This document shows, in pieces, positions 9,030 through 18,820 of a stretch of DNA of 64,000 nt. The DNA lies in the IMG/VR virus record IMGVR_UViG_3300025405_000013, positions 6,339 through 70,338 of that record; one strand, 5' to 3'. Source of the stretch: a virus. Positions within the stretch are counted from its first letter, which is position 1. Every line of letters begins with the position of its first letter. Under the pieces are notes generated by a model. That model made no database searches. It saw only the letters and a program-made list of their open reading frames with translations, and was not told the DNA's origin. Made by a program: the position numbers and the translations under genes.

Positions 9030-12000
9030 ATGTCTTCCAAGGACTGGAGTGCTTCCACCGAATTCAGTAGAATGAAAAAGGCCGGAATCACTCTTCCCAA
9101 GAACCCGATTGCCAGTCGAGTGGCAGCACGGGATATGCTTAATAGAGCTAAAACGAGTGGCTCTATGGCCAGTGAGATTGGTCCTATGGCTATGGCCATG
9201 GGTGGGCCTCCGGAAGGTCGTCAAAGACTCAATAACCTCAAGCAGGGTTTTAGTCTAGAGGGTATGGCCAATACCCCAAATCGTAGATTGGGTGCTGCTA
9301 GTGGTTCAGACGCCCAATGGGCTTGGCCCAAGCTACATGACCCATTTGAATACTGGCGTGAGCGTACGTGGTGGTTCAATATGGAGGACCCCGATGAGCA
9401 AACGAGAAAGATCCGAGATTGGGCTCGTCTACTTTATACTACTCACCACTTGGTACCTGGTCTTATCGATATTTATACTAGGTTTCCACTTCTAGACGTT
9501 GAACTTATCCACCCGGACAAGAGAATTAGTGAATTCTATAATGAGCTGTTTTTTGACGGCTTAAATTATAACGAATTTCTATTCGACTTGGGCCGGGAGC
9601 ACTGGACAGTAGGTGAAGCTTTCGCCATGGGATCCTGGCATGATGGTTTGGGTGCCTGGGAAGAAGATGAAATCATTAACCCCAATGATGTCATTGTTGC
9701 CAAGAATCGTGCCCTTAGAACATACCAATACCACATTAAGGTTCCCGACGAGATTAAGAAGCTTATCGAGCGTAGAGATCCCCCACAAGAGTATGCTATG
9801 CTTATGCAAATGTACCCGGATGTTGTAGCCTGGGCCAGACAAGACAAAGAGATTCCGGTCTCTGATGTCATTATGAAGCAACTTAAGTTTAAGTGTGTAA
9901 CTCCCGACACTGACGTACTTACACCTTCTGGACCAGTACCAGCTGGAAAATTGAAGGTTGGGGACCCAGTTTTTGCCTGGGACACTGAGAATGATAGAGC
10001 TGTAGTTAGTCATGTACAGGCAAATAGTCTACGTGAGCCCGAAACTGTAGTCAAAATTACTACAAAGTTTGGTCGTACTATTAAGACGACTCTTGAGCAC
10101 CCATTCTGGATTAAGAAGACTATTAAATCAGAAAACACATGCTTGGCCTGTAATAGAACTTTTGACAATCCTAAGTCAAAGGCAGGCCATATTGGTGGTT
10201 CTAAAAACGGTTCAAACCCCCACTATTTCCCGGCTAGTTCTATAAGTCAGGAATGGGTACAGGCACAAGATCTTAAGGTTGGAGATCTAGTACGTGTTGG
10301 CTCCCATTGTAGTTTTGGTTCAGAATTCCTAGACCCAGACCTAGCTAGATTTATTGGAATGATGATTGGTGATGGTTCATATACTAATTCTGACTTTAGT
10401 ATAACTAGTAACGACCAAGAGATAGTAGACTGGACTAGAGAGTTCGTAGATAAGTATGACTGCTCTATCCCCGAAATGGCCAGTTCATCTTTGCAATACA
10501 GAATCAAGTCCAATGAAAACTCGGGTAAGAGAGCCGGAAAGACGGGGAGCAATAAGTTAATCAATCTCTTCCGTGAAGTTGGTATATTTGGCCAAACTTG
10601 TCATAATAAGATAGTTCCTCAGATTATTTGGGAGAGTGGTCCCCAAGCCTGGTGGAACTTCCTATCGGGCTACCTGGACACTGATGGTTGTTTCTTTGAT
10701 GGAGACTACCCCAGAGTCTACTGGACTTCCAGTAATGAGGGACTGTTAAACGACGTACAGTTAATGCTATCTTTACTTGGAGTATCTAGTACTTTAAATG
10801 ACGGTTGTGTAGTAGTACAAAATCATATTGGTCTATCAATTCTTTCTGAAAACTTAGACACTCTCCTGCCTAGAAAGCAAGTACATTCGAGGGAAGTAGT
10901 TAAGAATGTCTATAAGGATACAGTTGAATGGGACGCCGTTGAGAATATCGAAGTAATTGGAGAAGAAGTAACTTGTGCTCTAAGCATTGCCGACTACCAT
11001 AGTCACATTACTGCTGGTCTTGTAACCCACAATACCAACCCGTGGAGTGAGCATGGTACCCCGATTCTTCTTAGAGCTTTTAGAATGCTTATGCTCGAAG
11101 AATCCCTTAATGCTGCTCAAGACGCTATTGCTGACCGTCTATACTCTCCTCTTATTCTGGCTACTCTTGGTCTTCCTGATGTAGACCAGGACGGTCCATG
11201 GATCCCGGATGCTCAAGAACTCCAGAGCCTAAGAGACGACCTGGCCATGGCCATTAACTCGGACTTCCGACTAATGACCTATCACCACGGCCTAACCATC
11301 CAGAACGCTTTTGGTCGTGAAGCAATGCCTCGACTAGACCAAGACTTTATGAGAGTACAGACCAATGTTATGGGAGTATTCGGTATTGGTGCTGACCTTA
11401 TCCAGGGTGGTCAGGGTGGTACTTATGCTGCTGGTGCTCTTAATCGTGAGCTTATTACCCAGATGCTTTCTACCTACCAACACAAGATTGAAGCATTTAT
11501 TCGTTCTCGTATGGAACCGGTTGCCGAAAGACAAGGTCACTATGAGTTCCGTAATGTAGGCGGCCAAAAGGTTCCGATTATGGAAACTGTACTTATGGTC
11601 GATGAAGAGACCGGTGCTGAATATGTAGAAGAGCGTCCAAAGCTGGCCATTCCGGAAGTCAGATTTCGTAGTATGAACCTAAGAGATGAAACCGTAGAGC
11701 GTGGCTTCCTACAGCAACTACAGGCTTCCGGGTTTCCGATCTCTCTTGGCACTCTTGCAGTTAATATCCCCATTGACTTTGATGATGAAGTAGAAGCTCG
11801 TAAGAGTGAAAAGATCAAGACGGTTGTTGCTGAACAACAGTACAAGAAAGAACTCTTCGACCGACTAATGACTCTGCAGTTGCCTATTCCGCCGGAATAT
11901 ATGCAGGAATACCAGGCCTATCTAATGATGATGGAAGATCCGGCAATGGCAGCTCAATTAGCTCCAGGAGCTATGGCCGGTCTTACCGCTATGCCTGCTG

Positions 12001-12536
12001 CTCCCAATATGACCGGTGGTAGTCCGGGGAGTGATGTTAGTCAGATTCCCGATATGTATCCGAGTATGGCTAATGCCACTCAACAAAGACAGCGGCCTGA
12101 AATCTCTTATGAACAGAGAAAGAGTGCTCCTAAGCCATCTAAGAAGGGCCCTAAGAATGGACCTCAAAAGAAGGCCAGTGCCGAGAGTGACATTACCAGT
12201 AACTTCGGTGAAGGCTTCAATGAACTAGATGGAGTTCGTGTAGAGTATGGTGGACGCATGAAGTTCGCTAGCCCTATTGAGAGCAAAAAGCGTAAGCGTA
12301 TGAAGCTAGCCAAGGGCATGAAAATTGTCGTAGATGATAGCTACGAAAAGTTCTCGGAAGATGAGTTCAAGGAGCACCTGGCTAGTGTAATTGAGTCCAG
12401 TGATACCTTTATCCCCAGTGGAACTGAACACCCGGGTATAGACCCTATGGGTGCCGGTAACCACGGTAGTGGAGATGGTAGTAGCATGGACCTTCCTGAT
12501 CGAGAAAAAGCCAACCCCACTGATATTCCCGAATAA
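9030..12536 (+). CDS. Portal protein interrupted by an intein
   Basis: Located upstream of protease/scaffold/capsid. Portal-like segments IRDWARLLY, IDIYTRFPL, GEAF, PWSEHGTPILLRAF. About 788 aa after splicing. Confidence 0.8.
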   Translation: MSSKDWSASTEFSRMKKAGITLPKNPIASRVAARDMLNRAKTSGSMASEIGPMAMAMGGPPEGRQRLNNLKQGFSLEGMANTPNRRLGAASGSDAQWAWPKLHDPFEYWRERTWWFNMEDPDEQTRKIRDWARLLYTTHHLVPGLIDIYTRFPLLDVELIHPDKRISEFYNELFFDGLNYNEFLFDLGREHWTVGEAFAMGSWHDGLGAWEEDEIINPNDVIVAKNRALRTYQYHIKVPDEIKKLIERRDPPQEYAMLMQMYPDVVAWARQDKEIPVSDVIMKQLKFKCVTPDTDVLTPSGPVPAGKLKVGDPVFAWDTENDRAVVSHVQANSLREPETVVKITTKFGRTIKTTLEHPFWIKKTIKSENTCLACNRTFDNPKSKAGHIGGSKNGSNPHYFPASSISQEWVQAQDLKVGDLVRVGSHCSFGSEFLDPDLARFIGMMIGDGSYTNSDFSITSNDQEIVDWTREFVDKYDCSIPEMASSSLQYRIKSNENSGKRAGKTGSNKLINLFREVGIFGQTCHNKIVPQIIWESGPQAWWNFLSGYLDTDGCFFDGDYPRVYWTSSNEGLLNDVQLMLSLLGVSSTLNDGCVVVQNHIGLSILSENLDTLLPRKQVHSREVVKNVYKDTVEWDAVENIEVIGEEVTCALSIADYHSHITAGLVTHNTNPWSEHGTPILLRAFRMLMLEESLNAAQDAIADRLYSPLILATLGLPDVDQDGPWIPDAQELQSLRDDLAMAINSDFRLMTYHHGLTIQNAFGREAMPRLDQDFMRVQTNVMGVFGIGADLIQGGQGGTYAAGALNRELITQMLSTYQHKIEAFIRSRMEPVAERQGHYEFRNVGGQKVPIMETVLMVDEETGAEYVEERPKLAIPEVRFRSMNLRDETVERGFLQQLQASGFPISLGTLAVNIPIDFDDEVEARKSEKIKTVVAEQQYKKELFDRLMTLQLPIPPEYMQEYQAYLMMMEDPAMAAQLAPGAMAGLTAMPAAPNMTGGSPGSDVSQIPDMYPSMANATQQRQRPEISYEQRKSAPKPSKKGPKNGPQKKASAESDITSNFGEGFNELDGVRVEYGGRMKFASPIESKKRKRMKLAKGMKIVVDDSYEKFSEDEFKEHLASVIESSDTFIPSGTEHPGIDPMGAGNHGSGDGSSMDLPDREKANPTDIPE
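9894..11033 (+). mobile_element. Intein (380 aa) with LAGLIDADG homing endonuclease
   Basis: Block A CVTPDTDV; block B TTLEHPF; FIGMMIGDGS and FLSGYLDTDG motifs; C-terminal GLVTHN followed by Thr. Confidence 0.93.
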
Positions 12537-12569
12537 TGTAATACGCCCTTTAGTCTTAGGATAGTTAGT

Positions 12570-12761
12570 ATGAGCAATCCCTTTTCACCCGACTCAACTC
12601 CTCGTATGCTTCCTAAGCAGGCCAAGGTTAAGACTGCACTAACCATTGTTAGCCCTCTTGTCAAGCTGGATATTATCAAAGAGGGTGAAGGGCTTACGTG
12701 TCGAAATGCCAATAAACTGGACCTAACCGACTCTATCTACGAAAAGATTGACGAGGACTAA
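12570..12761 (+). CDS. Small hypothetical protein
   Basis: 63-aa ORF filling the gap after the portal. Confidence 0.55.
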   Translation: MSNPFSPDSTPRMLPKQAKVKTALTIVSPLVKLDIIKEGEGLTCRNANKLDLTDSIYEKIDED

Positions 12762-12762
12762 A

Positions 12763-13101
12763 ATGCTTGCAACATTCTTCGATAGTTCTAACATTTGGTT
12801 TAGCTACCTCTCTAACTTCTTTTTTGCTGGTGCCGGTATTCTTACTGTAGCCAAATATACTGCTAGATTCTTTACCAAAGACAGTAAGAAGAAAATGGAA
12901 GAACTAGAGACCGAACTCAAATTCACCAGAGAAGACATGGACGAAAAGTTTGAGCAACTAATCTCTCAGCACCGTAATAATGGTGGCAGTAGTTCCAAGG
13001 ACCAGTGGGATCGTATGGAAAGAAAAGTCGACGAACTTACTCACACTATGGACCGTCACCTAGGGTATCACGAAGGACTAAGAGACGCTGAGGAGGAATA
13101 A
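12763..13101 (+). CDS. Membrane protein with one N-terminal TM and a coiled coil (possible holin/lysis accessory)
   Basis: Hydrophobic IWFSYLSNFFFAGAGILTVA then charged helix; GAGG RBS before ATG 12763. Confidence 0.6.
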   Translation: MLATFFDSSNIWFSYLSNFFFAGAGILTVAKYTARFFTKDSKKKMEELETELKFTREDMDEKFEQLISQHRNNGGSSSKDQWDRMERKVDELTHTMDRHLGYHEGLRDAEEE

Positions 13102-13538
13102 TGGCCAGGAAGTACAAACATCCGGTAACCGGAGAGGCCATTAGTCTAGGGCAACACATCTCTTGGATTCTACAAAAACTCATTCGTAAATGGCCATTTA
13201 TTATTGCAATAAATCTCATTAGTTATCTCTGCTGGATTTTGGGTGGTACTACTGTACTGCTTTGGTGGAATCTTTGTGCCTCTCTTATGGCACTAAATAT
13301 CGAGAGTGTTGTAGGTATTGCAATGTTTGAGCAGACTCAAGCTGACGCTAGAATTATTCGAGAGAGTCTGGACATTATTCGTAGAGTTCTAAGTCTAGAA
13401 AAGGATCAGTTCCAAGAGGTCAAAGATCTTATGGAGTTTATTGAAGCTGAAATGTCTAGACACCACGAAGAAGAGTATAGACACCATATGACAGAAGAGA
13501 AAACCAAGCCCGCCAACAATGTAAAGCCCACTAAGTAA
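13101..13538 (+). CDS. Two-TM membrane protein (DUF1003-like / possible holin)
   Basis: WPFIIAINLISYLCWIL and LWWNLCASLMALNIESVVGIAM segments, then a coiled coil. Confidence 0.6.
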   Translation: MARKYKHPVTGEAISLGQHISWILQKLIRKWPFIIAINLISYLCWILGGTTVLLWWNLCASLMALNIESVVGIAMFEQTQADARIIRESLDIIRRVLSLEKDQFQEVKDLMEFIEAEMSRHHEEEYRHHMTEEKTKPANNVKPTK

Positions 13539-13557
13539 TCATATAAGTCACTGTCAT

Positions 13558-14223
13558 ATGATTAAGTTTGGTGCTCCTTCTGTAACTCTAATGGGTAGGT
13601 CGTCTACCATGGGTTCTAGCACTGAGACCATTCAGTTGCCGTCTATTACTTTCGAAGATTTTAAGCCGGTAAAGATGGCAAGCGGTTACCTTTATGTAGT
13701 TAGTAGAGCGATCTCCTCTCGAGTAAATGCTAACTATGACGGATGGCCGGTAGATCAGATCAAGCAAAGTTACAAGACTTTCGTAGGAAAGCCGATCTTT
13801 GTAGAGCACAATAATAGTGATCCGGATAGAGCACGGGGAGTAATTCTCGATGCAATCTATCGGGAGCACAAACTAGCTAGTGGAATTACAGATGCTAGTG
13901 TCTACTGTCTTATGGAAGTAGATGCTAAAACTTTCCCCAAGTTGGGAAAAGCCATTATGAACGGGCAACTCAATGCCGTAAGTATGGGAGCAGACGTAGA
14001 GGGTACTATTTGCAGTGCTTGTGGTAAGTATGCCAGCAAGCCCAAAGAGTATTGTACACACATTCCGGGCCTTAAGGGTCGGACTGTAACGGTTTATAAG
14101 CAGGGCAAGCGCATTGAAAGCATGGTTTACGAAAGCTGTGTAAAGCCTAAGTTCTTCGAATTAAGTTTCGTATTCGAACCGGCTGACGAAAGTGCTTGGT
14201 TACTACAAAAGAGAATGATTTAA
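13558..14223 (+). CDS. Prohead (capsid maturation) protease
   Basis: RAISSRVNANYDGW, TFVGKPIFVEHNN (His), VSMG (Ser), FFELSFVFEPADESA; CSACG..CTH zinc ribbon. Confidence 0.85.
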   Translation: MIKFGAPSVTLMGRSSTMGSSTETIQLPSITFEDFKPVKMASGYLYVVSRAISSRVNANYDGWPVDQIKQSYKTFVGKPIFVEHNNSDPDRARGVILDAIYREHKLASGITDASVYCLMEVDAKTFPKLGKAIMNGQLNAVSMGADVEGTICSACGKYASKPKEYCTHIPGLKGRTVTVYKQGKRIESMVYESCVKPKFFELSFVFEPADESAWLLQKRMI

Positions 14224-14858
14224 TGCCTATTCTAAAAGTTTCCTCTAGCCTAGTAAAGCAGGCCATGGAAGTAATTAGAATTAACATTACGATCCTTGGT
14301 GACTGTCCACAATGTGGCGGTAACGATTATCGTAGTGGGGTTTGTGAAGATTGCTCCTATATTGCCCCAGAAGTTATGGAAGCAATTCAGGAGTGGAATG
14401 AGTCACAGGGAGTTGAACAAAAGGCCGCAAGTGCCCGGTTCAGTTTTGCAGACTACTTTCCTTCACATGCTACAACGGATGAAGAGTGTCCTAAGTGTGG
14501 CAAAAGAGGTTTTGACTTATTCTGTGAGAATCCCAAGTGTGGTTATGAAAGACCACCTCGGGATCTAGACCACAGATCTCCAGAGTTTACTGGTATTAGT
14601 CCGGATATGGAAATCAGACGGAAGTTCGTCAGTCCTGCCGGTCATAAGATCAAGAAACACAAGAAGAAGTTGAAGAATAAAAAGCATCACAAGAAGAGTT
14701 CTTTAGATCCAGCAGCCGCCGGTTTAGACGACTCCGAAGTTGTTAAGAGTGATGGATCTACTCGGATTCATCAAATGCAATTAACGGACGCTGATGCTAA
14801 GAGAAGACAGAACTTACAAGGACAGGGTCAAGGCCCGGACGAAGAAGAACAGGAGTAG
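14223..14858 (+). CDS. Zinc-ribbon head-module protein (start probably ATG 14223)
   Basis: CPQCGG..CEDC and CPKCG..CENPKC; TAATG coupling with the protease gene. Confidence 0.7.
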   Translation: MPILKVSSSLVKQAMEVIRINITILGDCPQCGGNDYRSGVCEDCSYIAPEVMEAIQEWNESQGVEQKAASARFSFADYFPSHATTDEECPKCGKRGFDLFCENPKCGYERPPRDLDHRSPEFTGISPDMEIRRKFVSPAGHKIKKHKKKLKNKKHHKKSSLDPAAAGLDDSEVVKSDGSTRIHQMQLTDADAKRRQNLQGQGQGPDEEEQE

Positions 14859-14860
14859 CG

Positions 14861-16159
14861 ATGAGTCGTTTCGACAATGAGCTTACTAAGACGGCAGATA
14901 ATGCCTGGCAACAGAGAAACCTTCCGGGTTCTACCACCCCTAGACAAGAGGGCTACAACCAGAGTGAACAGCCTTTTGGTGACGCTCTAGTTCCAGCTCA
15001 AGTTAACGTTAAGGAAGAGGCCGGTGATTGGATCGCCAATATGCCCATGATGCGTCAAGTTGATGCACAAGACTTGGATGCAGCCATGAAGGGTGAAATT
15101 GTTGGTGGCCCCGGTAGTAGTGCAGTCTATGCAGAGGGTGGCCCCATGTACGCTAGTACTAATCTAGACGACACTCTATACAATATTTACCGTGCCAGTC
15201 GTGAGATTCGTGATGCCATTGATACCGCTCAGGACTTCGACTTCGAGAATTTGGTTACTGCTGCCATTAATGCCAATAGTTTTGTTCGTAAGGCCAGTGC
15301 CGATCAGGACCTAGTCTACAGTATCGGTAGTATCGCCGGTATCGTTAACGACATCGAAAACAGTCTAGTGGTCACTGCCAACTACCAACAAGCCTACCGT
15401 GATCTTATGGACCTTGAGGGTTTGACTGAATCCATTAACAAGATCGCTAGTGGTGAAGCCGACGATGAAGACGAAGATGACTCAGAAGGTACTACTGCTT
15501 CTAAGAAGGTCTCCGGAGAGCACTGCACTGGCCCCGGTTGTGAAAAGCTTAATTGTGACGGTAAGATGTCTAATGGCAATATCCACAAGGGTTCTAATGG
15601 TAACCAAGAGAGTCTACAAATTGTAGACGTTCGTGACCTAGATGACGCTGCTGGAGTCTTTGACAAGCAAAAGGTTATGACTCCTGACCACATGACCAAT
15701 GTGCAGGAAGCCGAAGAAGTCAATGGTGAAGATGCCGGTTACGTCAACTACTACAATGATGGTGCTGAAACCGGTAAGGTCCCCCAGGACGGTGATGACC
15801 TCAGTCCGTGGCCTTATGACGGTACTAACCCGGCTCTAGTTCCCTACCAGAAGGCCGCTAGTGCCGCTCGTGAAAAGATCTTCGAAAGCCTACAAATTGT
15901 AGAGCGACTGGAGAAGCTGGGTATGGTCCAACGTGATGACCGTGCCAAGCACATTGCAAAGTTTGAACAAATGTCAGATGCTAAGCTTGCAGGTTTTAAG
16001 ACAGCACTTGACGCGTTTGAAGAGTCTGGGGCCCGTCAACCCCGGAGCCAGAAAGTGGCAAGTGGAAGTAATCGCATGCCAGAGATGGGTCGCCTGACGA
16101 CGGCCTCAACAATTAGCCGCCAGGACATTGCTTCTGACGACTGGTTGATGACACTTTAA
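14861..16159 (+). CDS. Probable scaffolding / internal head protein
   Basis: Acidic 432-aa ORF between protease and capsid genes; many KxAS-like motifs; GGAG RBS. Confidence 0.65.
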   Translation: MSRFDNELTKTADNAWQQRNLPGSTTPRQEGYNQSEQPFGDALVPAQVNVKEEAGDWIANMPMMRQVDAQDLDAAMKGEIVGGPGSSAVYAEGGPMYASTNLDDTLYNIYRASREIRDAIDTAQDFDFENLVTAAINANSFVRKASADQDLVYSIGSIAGIVNDIENSLVVTANYQQAYRDLMDLEGLTESINKIASGEADDEDEDDSEGTTASKKVSGEHCTGPGCEKLNCDGKMSNGNIHKGSNGNQESLQIVDVRDLDDAAGVFDKQKVMTPDHMTNVQEAEEVNGEDAGYVNYYNDGAETGKVPQDGDDLSPWPYDGTNPALVPYQKAASAAREKIFESLQIVERLEKLGMVQRDDRAKHIAKFEQMSDAKLAGFKTALDAFEESGARQPRSQKVASGSNRMPEMGRLTTASTISRQDIASDDWLMTL

Positions 16160-16184
16160 TCCCTAACCTAAGGAGAAAGAAAAT

Positions 16185-16715
16185 ATGCTACAGCTAAACT
16201 CTGTTGCTAACGTTGGGGTTCACCGTACGTGCACCCCTCTGTACGAAAAGTACGAAGCTACCCCATACAACACCTTCCTGGACCCCTCTGAGACTGGTAA
16301 CATCTACTCAGGTATGCTCCTTGCAAGAACCGGTCCCGACACTGTCGCCCTTTTGGGTGGTACTGTTGCTAACGGTACTGGTGCCGAAGTATTCGGCCTT
16401 AGTGCTCTCGACCGTAACCCGAACATTGACGACGTCAGTCAAGTTGGTGTCAACGCTTGGGCCGTATGGTTGGGTGGCTCTAACGCCTTCTTTACCATTA
16501 CTGCTCCTGCTTTTGACACCAGTGCTGCTGGTGGTTACGCTGTTCCTACGAACGGTACTCGTCAGTGGTTGTACGCTAGCTCCAACACCCCTGGTGCCTT
16601 GACCACTACTAGTGGTTCTAACCAGTACGGTAAGGCAGTTGCCGAGCTTATTGATGTTATTAGCCCCACTCAGATCGTTATTCGTCTGATTAACAACGTC
16701 AACCCACAGAACTAG
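16185..16715 (+). CDS. Capsid decoration / minor capsid protein
   Basis: Directly upstream of MCP; strong AAGGAG RBS; highly biased codons. Confidence 0.7.
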   Translation: MLQLNSVANVGVHRTCTPLYEKYEATPYNTFLDPSETGNIYSGMLLARTGPDTVALLGGTVANGTGAEVFGLSALDRNPNIDDVSQVGVNAWAVWLGGSNAFFTITAPAFDTSAAGGYAVPTNGTRQWLYASSNTPGALTTTSGSNQYGKAVAELIDVISPTQIVIRLINNVNPQN

Positions 16716-16745
16716 TAGTTACTGGTAAGAAAGGAAATATCCATA

Positions 16746-17759
16746 ATGAGTACAATTACTCCTAATGGCGCAGTAGCTGAGCACCTTGCTCCTCGTACGG
16801 CCAGAAAGTCCGACGACTACGTCGCCAGTATTGTAGAGGCTCAAGAGCGTCTCAAGACTGCAACCGGTCGTACCACCGCTTCCCGTGAGGAGAAGCAACG
16901 TCGTCTTGCCGGTATCTTGGCAGACAAGGACAACTACATGGTCCGTTTGGGCCAGGGTATGATTGGTCCTATCCAGCTTAAGCTTCGTTACCAGGGTATG
17001 ACTCGTAACGTTCTTCTGGAAGACCCGCTAACCCCCGGTGTACCGGTTATGTACGATGTCTTGGACGAGTACGGCCAGGCCTACATTCTTTCCGGTAATG
17101 AAGGTGAAGTCCGTGTGACTCCTTTCGAAGGTAAGAAGGTTCCGGTCCGTTTGTTCCGTATCGCTACTTTCCCTCAGATTAAGAAGGAAGACTTGTGGTA
17201 CCTCCGTGTAAACATCGTAGAGTATGCTCAGGACATGTCCAAGCAAGCTATTATGATGCAGGAAGACGCTCGTTTGATTACGGTTCTTGAGGCCGCCATC
17301 AACAACTACGCTGTTGACCCCAACCACACGGTTTCTCCTAACCACATCGTTAACGAGTTGTCCGGTTACGTAACACCTGACTCCTTGTATGACCTTGTCG
17401 CTTTGATTGAAGTCCACCAGTTGGAGGCTTCACGCTTGTTGTTCAACCCGATCGACTACCGTGACCTTTACAAGTGGGACATCAACCAGACCGGTTGGGC
17501 CTTTAAGGACCGTGTTGTTGCCGGTGAGCGCATCGTTCAATTCGGTGGTTTCCAAGTCCAGCGTTCTATCGAAGTTCCGCAGGGTACCGTTTACATGACT
17601 CCTAGCCCCGAGTTCCTCGGTGTCTTCCCGGTTATGTACTCCCTCGACGTCGAAGAGAACCACACTCCCGAGAAGTTCCACAAGGGTTGGGTCATGGACG
17701 AGCTCGTTTCCGAGATTGTTCTTAACCCCCGTGGTCTCGGTAAGATCGTTAAGGCTTAG
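16746..17759 (+). CDS. Major capsid protein
   Basis: GQGMIGPIQLKLRYQGMTRNVLLEDPL, FRIATFPQIKKEDL, QEDARL, EIVLNPRG; highly biased codons; GAAAGG RBS. Confidence 0.88.
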   Translation: MSTITPNGAVAEHLAPRTARKSDDYVASIVEAQERLKTATGRTTASREEKQRRLAGILADKDNYMVRLGQGMIGPIQLKLRYQGMTRNVLLEDPLTPGVPVMYDVLDEYGQAYILSGNEGEVRVTPFEGKKVPVRLFRIATFPQIKKEDLWYLRVNIVEYAQDMSKQAIMMQEDARLITVLEAAINNYAVDPNHTVSPNHIVNELSGYVTPDSLYDLVALIEVHQLEASRLLFNPIDYRDLYKWDINQTGWAFKDRVVAGERIVQFGGFQVQRSIEVPQGTVYMTPSPEFLGVFPVMYSLDVEENHTPEKFHKGWVMDELVSEIVLNPRGLGKIVKA

Positions 17760-17775
17760 TCTTAACATTTACTAC

Positions 17776-17818
17776 GAAGTGGGGTGTAGGCTATTAAAAA
17801 CGGCCTGCACCTCACTTC
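17776..17818 (+). terminator. Long hairpin after MCP (terminator or mRNA stabiliser)
   Basis: GAAGTGGGGTGTAGGCT / GGCCTGCACCTCACTTC, 17-bp stem with G-U pairs; no clear U tract. Confidence 0.65.
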
Positions 17819-17929
17819 TGACGTAAACAGTTTTAAAGCAGTAAATGTAATACCCTCGATGTAACAACTAGGTATTGAAGATCTCTTTACCTACCTAGGA
17901 CGAAAGTCCCTTGAAGATAGGAAATTAAA

Positions 17930-18484
17930 ATGGCAAGAACAGTATCAAGATCCGGCGATAATGGTCAAAGCATTCCGGTAGGTGTACCGGAGTTCGATGG
18001 TCACATTGAAGAGCACAAGCCTAGTCCTGAAGACATTATGGCCGCTCGTAGTCCACTTCCGACTGCCTTTAAGGGTATGCAGGATGTAGAAACCGGTAAC
18101 TGGATTGAGAACCTAACCGCCTCGAACACGGTATTCAGTAGTGCTAAGGGCAGTTTTAAGCTTGCTTCTAATGGTCTCCACGGAAGTGTACAGACCATCG
18201 ATGAAGTTCTTAGAAGAGATCCTTACATTCTTCGTGCAGTACAACGTGGTAAGATTCGTTTCCTAAACGACGATGAAGCCATGAACAGAATTAATGAACT
18301 CGTAGATGAGGTAAGTGAAAGTGATAACCACTTGTCTCACCTAATGGAAAGTCTCGGTCCTGACGCTTCTAATAACAACGGTATGTACAAGATTAGTCTA
18401 CCGGATGAAGCAGAACCCAAGGGCCCGAGCCAAACTGTAGAGCAGATCTGGGGCAACTCAGTGAAACCCAAAAATCTCAAGTAA
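17930..18484 (+). CDS. Hypothetical protein downstream of MCP
   Basis: 184-aa ORF with AGGA RBS. Confidence 0.7.
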   Translation: MARTVSRSGDNGQSIPVGVPEFDGHIEEHKPSPEDIMAARSPLPTAFKGMQDVETGNWIENLTASNTVFSSAKGSFKLASNGLHGSVQTIDEVLRRDPYILRAVQRGKIRFLNDDEAMNRINELVDEVSESDNHLSHLMESLGPDASNNNGMYKISLPDEAEPKGPSQTVEQIWGNSVKPKNLK

Positions 18485-18486
18485 CC

Positions 18487-18504
18487 ACGGGAGTTCGCTC
18501 CCGT
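18487..18504 (+). other. Intergenic UUCG-loop hairpin
   Basis: ACGGGAG-TTCG-CTCCCGT. Confidence 0.6.
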
Positions 18505-18519
18505 ATATAAGGAGCTTAA

Positions 18520-18819
18520 ATGAGCAAAGAGACAGAAAAAGACGAAGTAATCGAGACCGAGGCTAAGGCTCCTGTCTCCGAGCTTGATGTCCCGAGTGAG
18601 CCTGCTGTAGGCGCCATTGTTCCCAGTGGTGTAGTTCTTAGTGGTGCCACTTTCGCTAGTGCCGCCTTCTTTGATCCCTGGGCTTTCCAAACCCTCAACG
18701 GTACTCTAGTTAGTGGCGTCATTGTACCCGCTGCCAGTGGTAACGGTTGGGGTGGACAGAATAATGCTGGATTTGTATTCCAGTATGGCCAATACAACAC
18801 TACCGTGAGAGGATTCTAA
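18520..18819 (+). CDS. Small putative virion protein
   Basis: AAGGAG RBS; four xSG motifs in 99 aa. Confidence 0.65.
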   Translation: MSKETEKDEVIETEAKAPVSELDVPSEPAVGAIVPSGVVLSGATFASAAFFDPWAFQTLNGTLVSGVIVPAASGNGWGGQNNAGFVFQYGQYNTTVRGF

Positions 18820-18820
18820 C

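Noticed and set aside
1-9030. Apparent lack of a terminase next to the portal
   Set aside because: The window is only part of the genome; the terminase may lie outside it.
16025-16046. TCTGGGG/CCCCGGA hairpin in the scaffold gene
   Set aside because: A short stem inside coding sequence could easily arise by chance.
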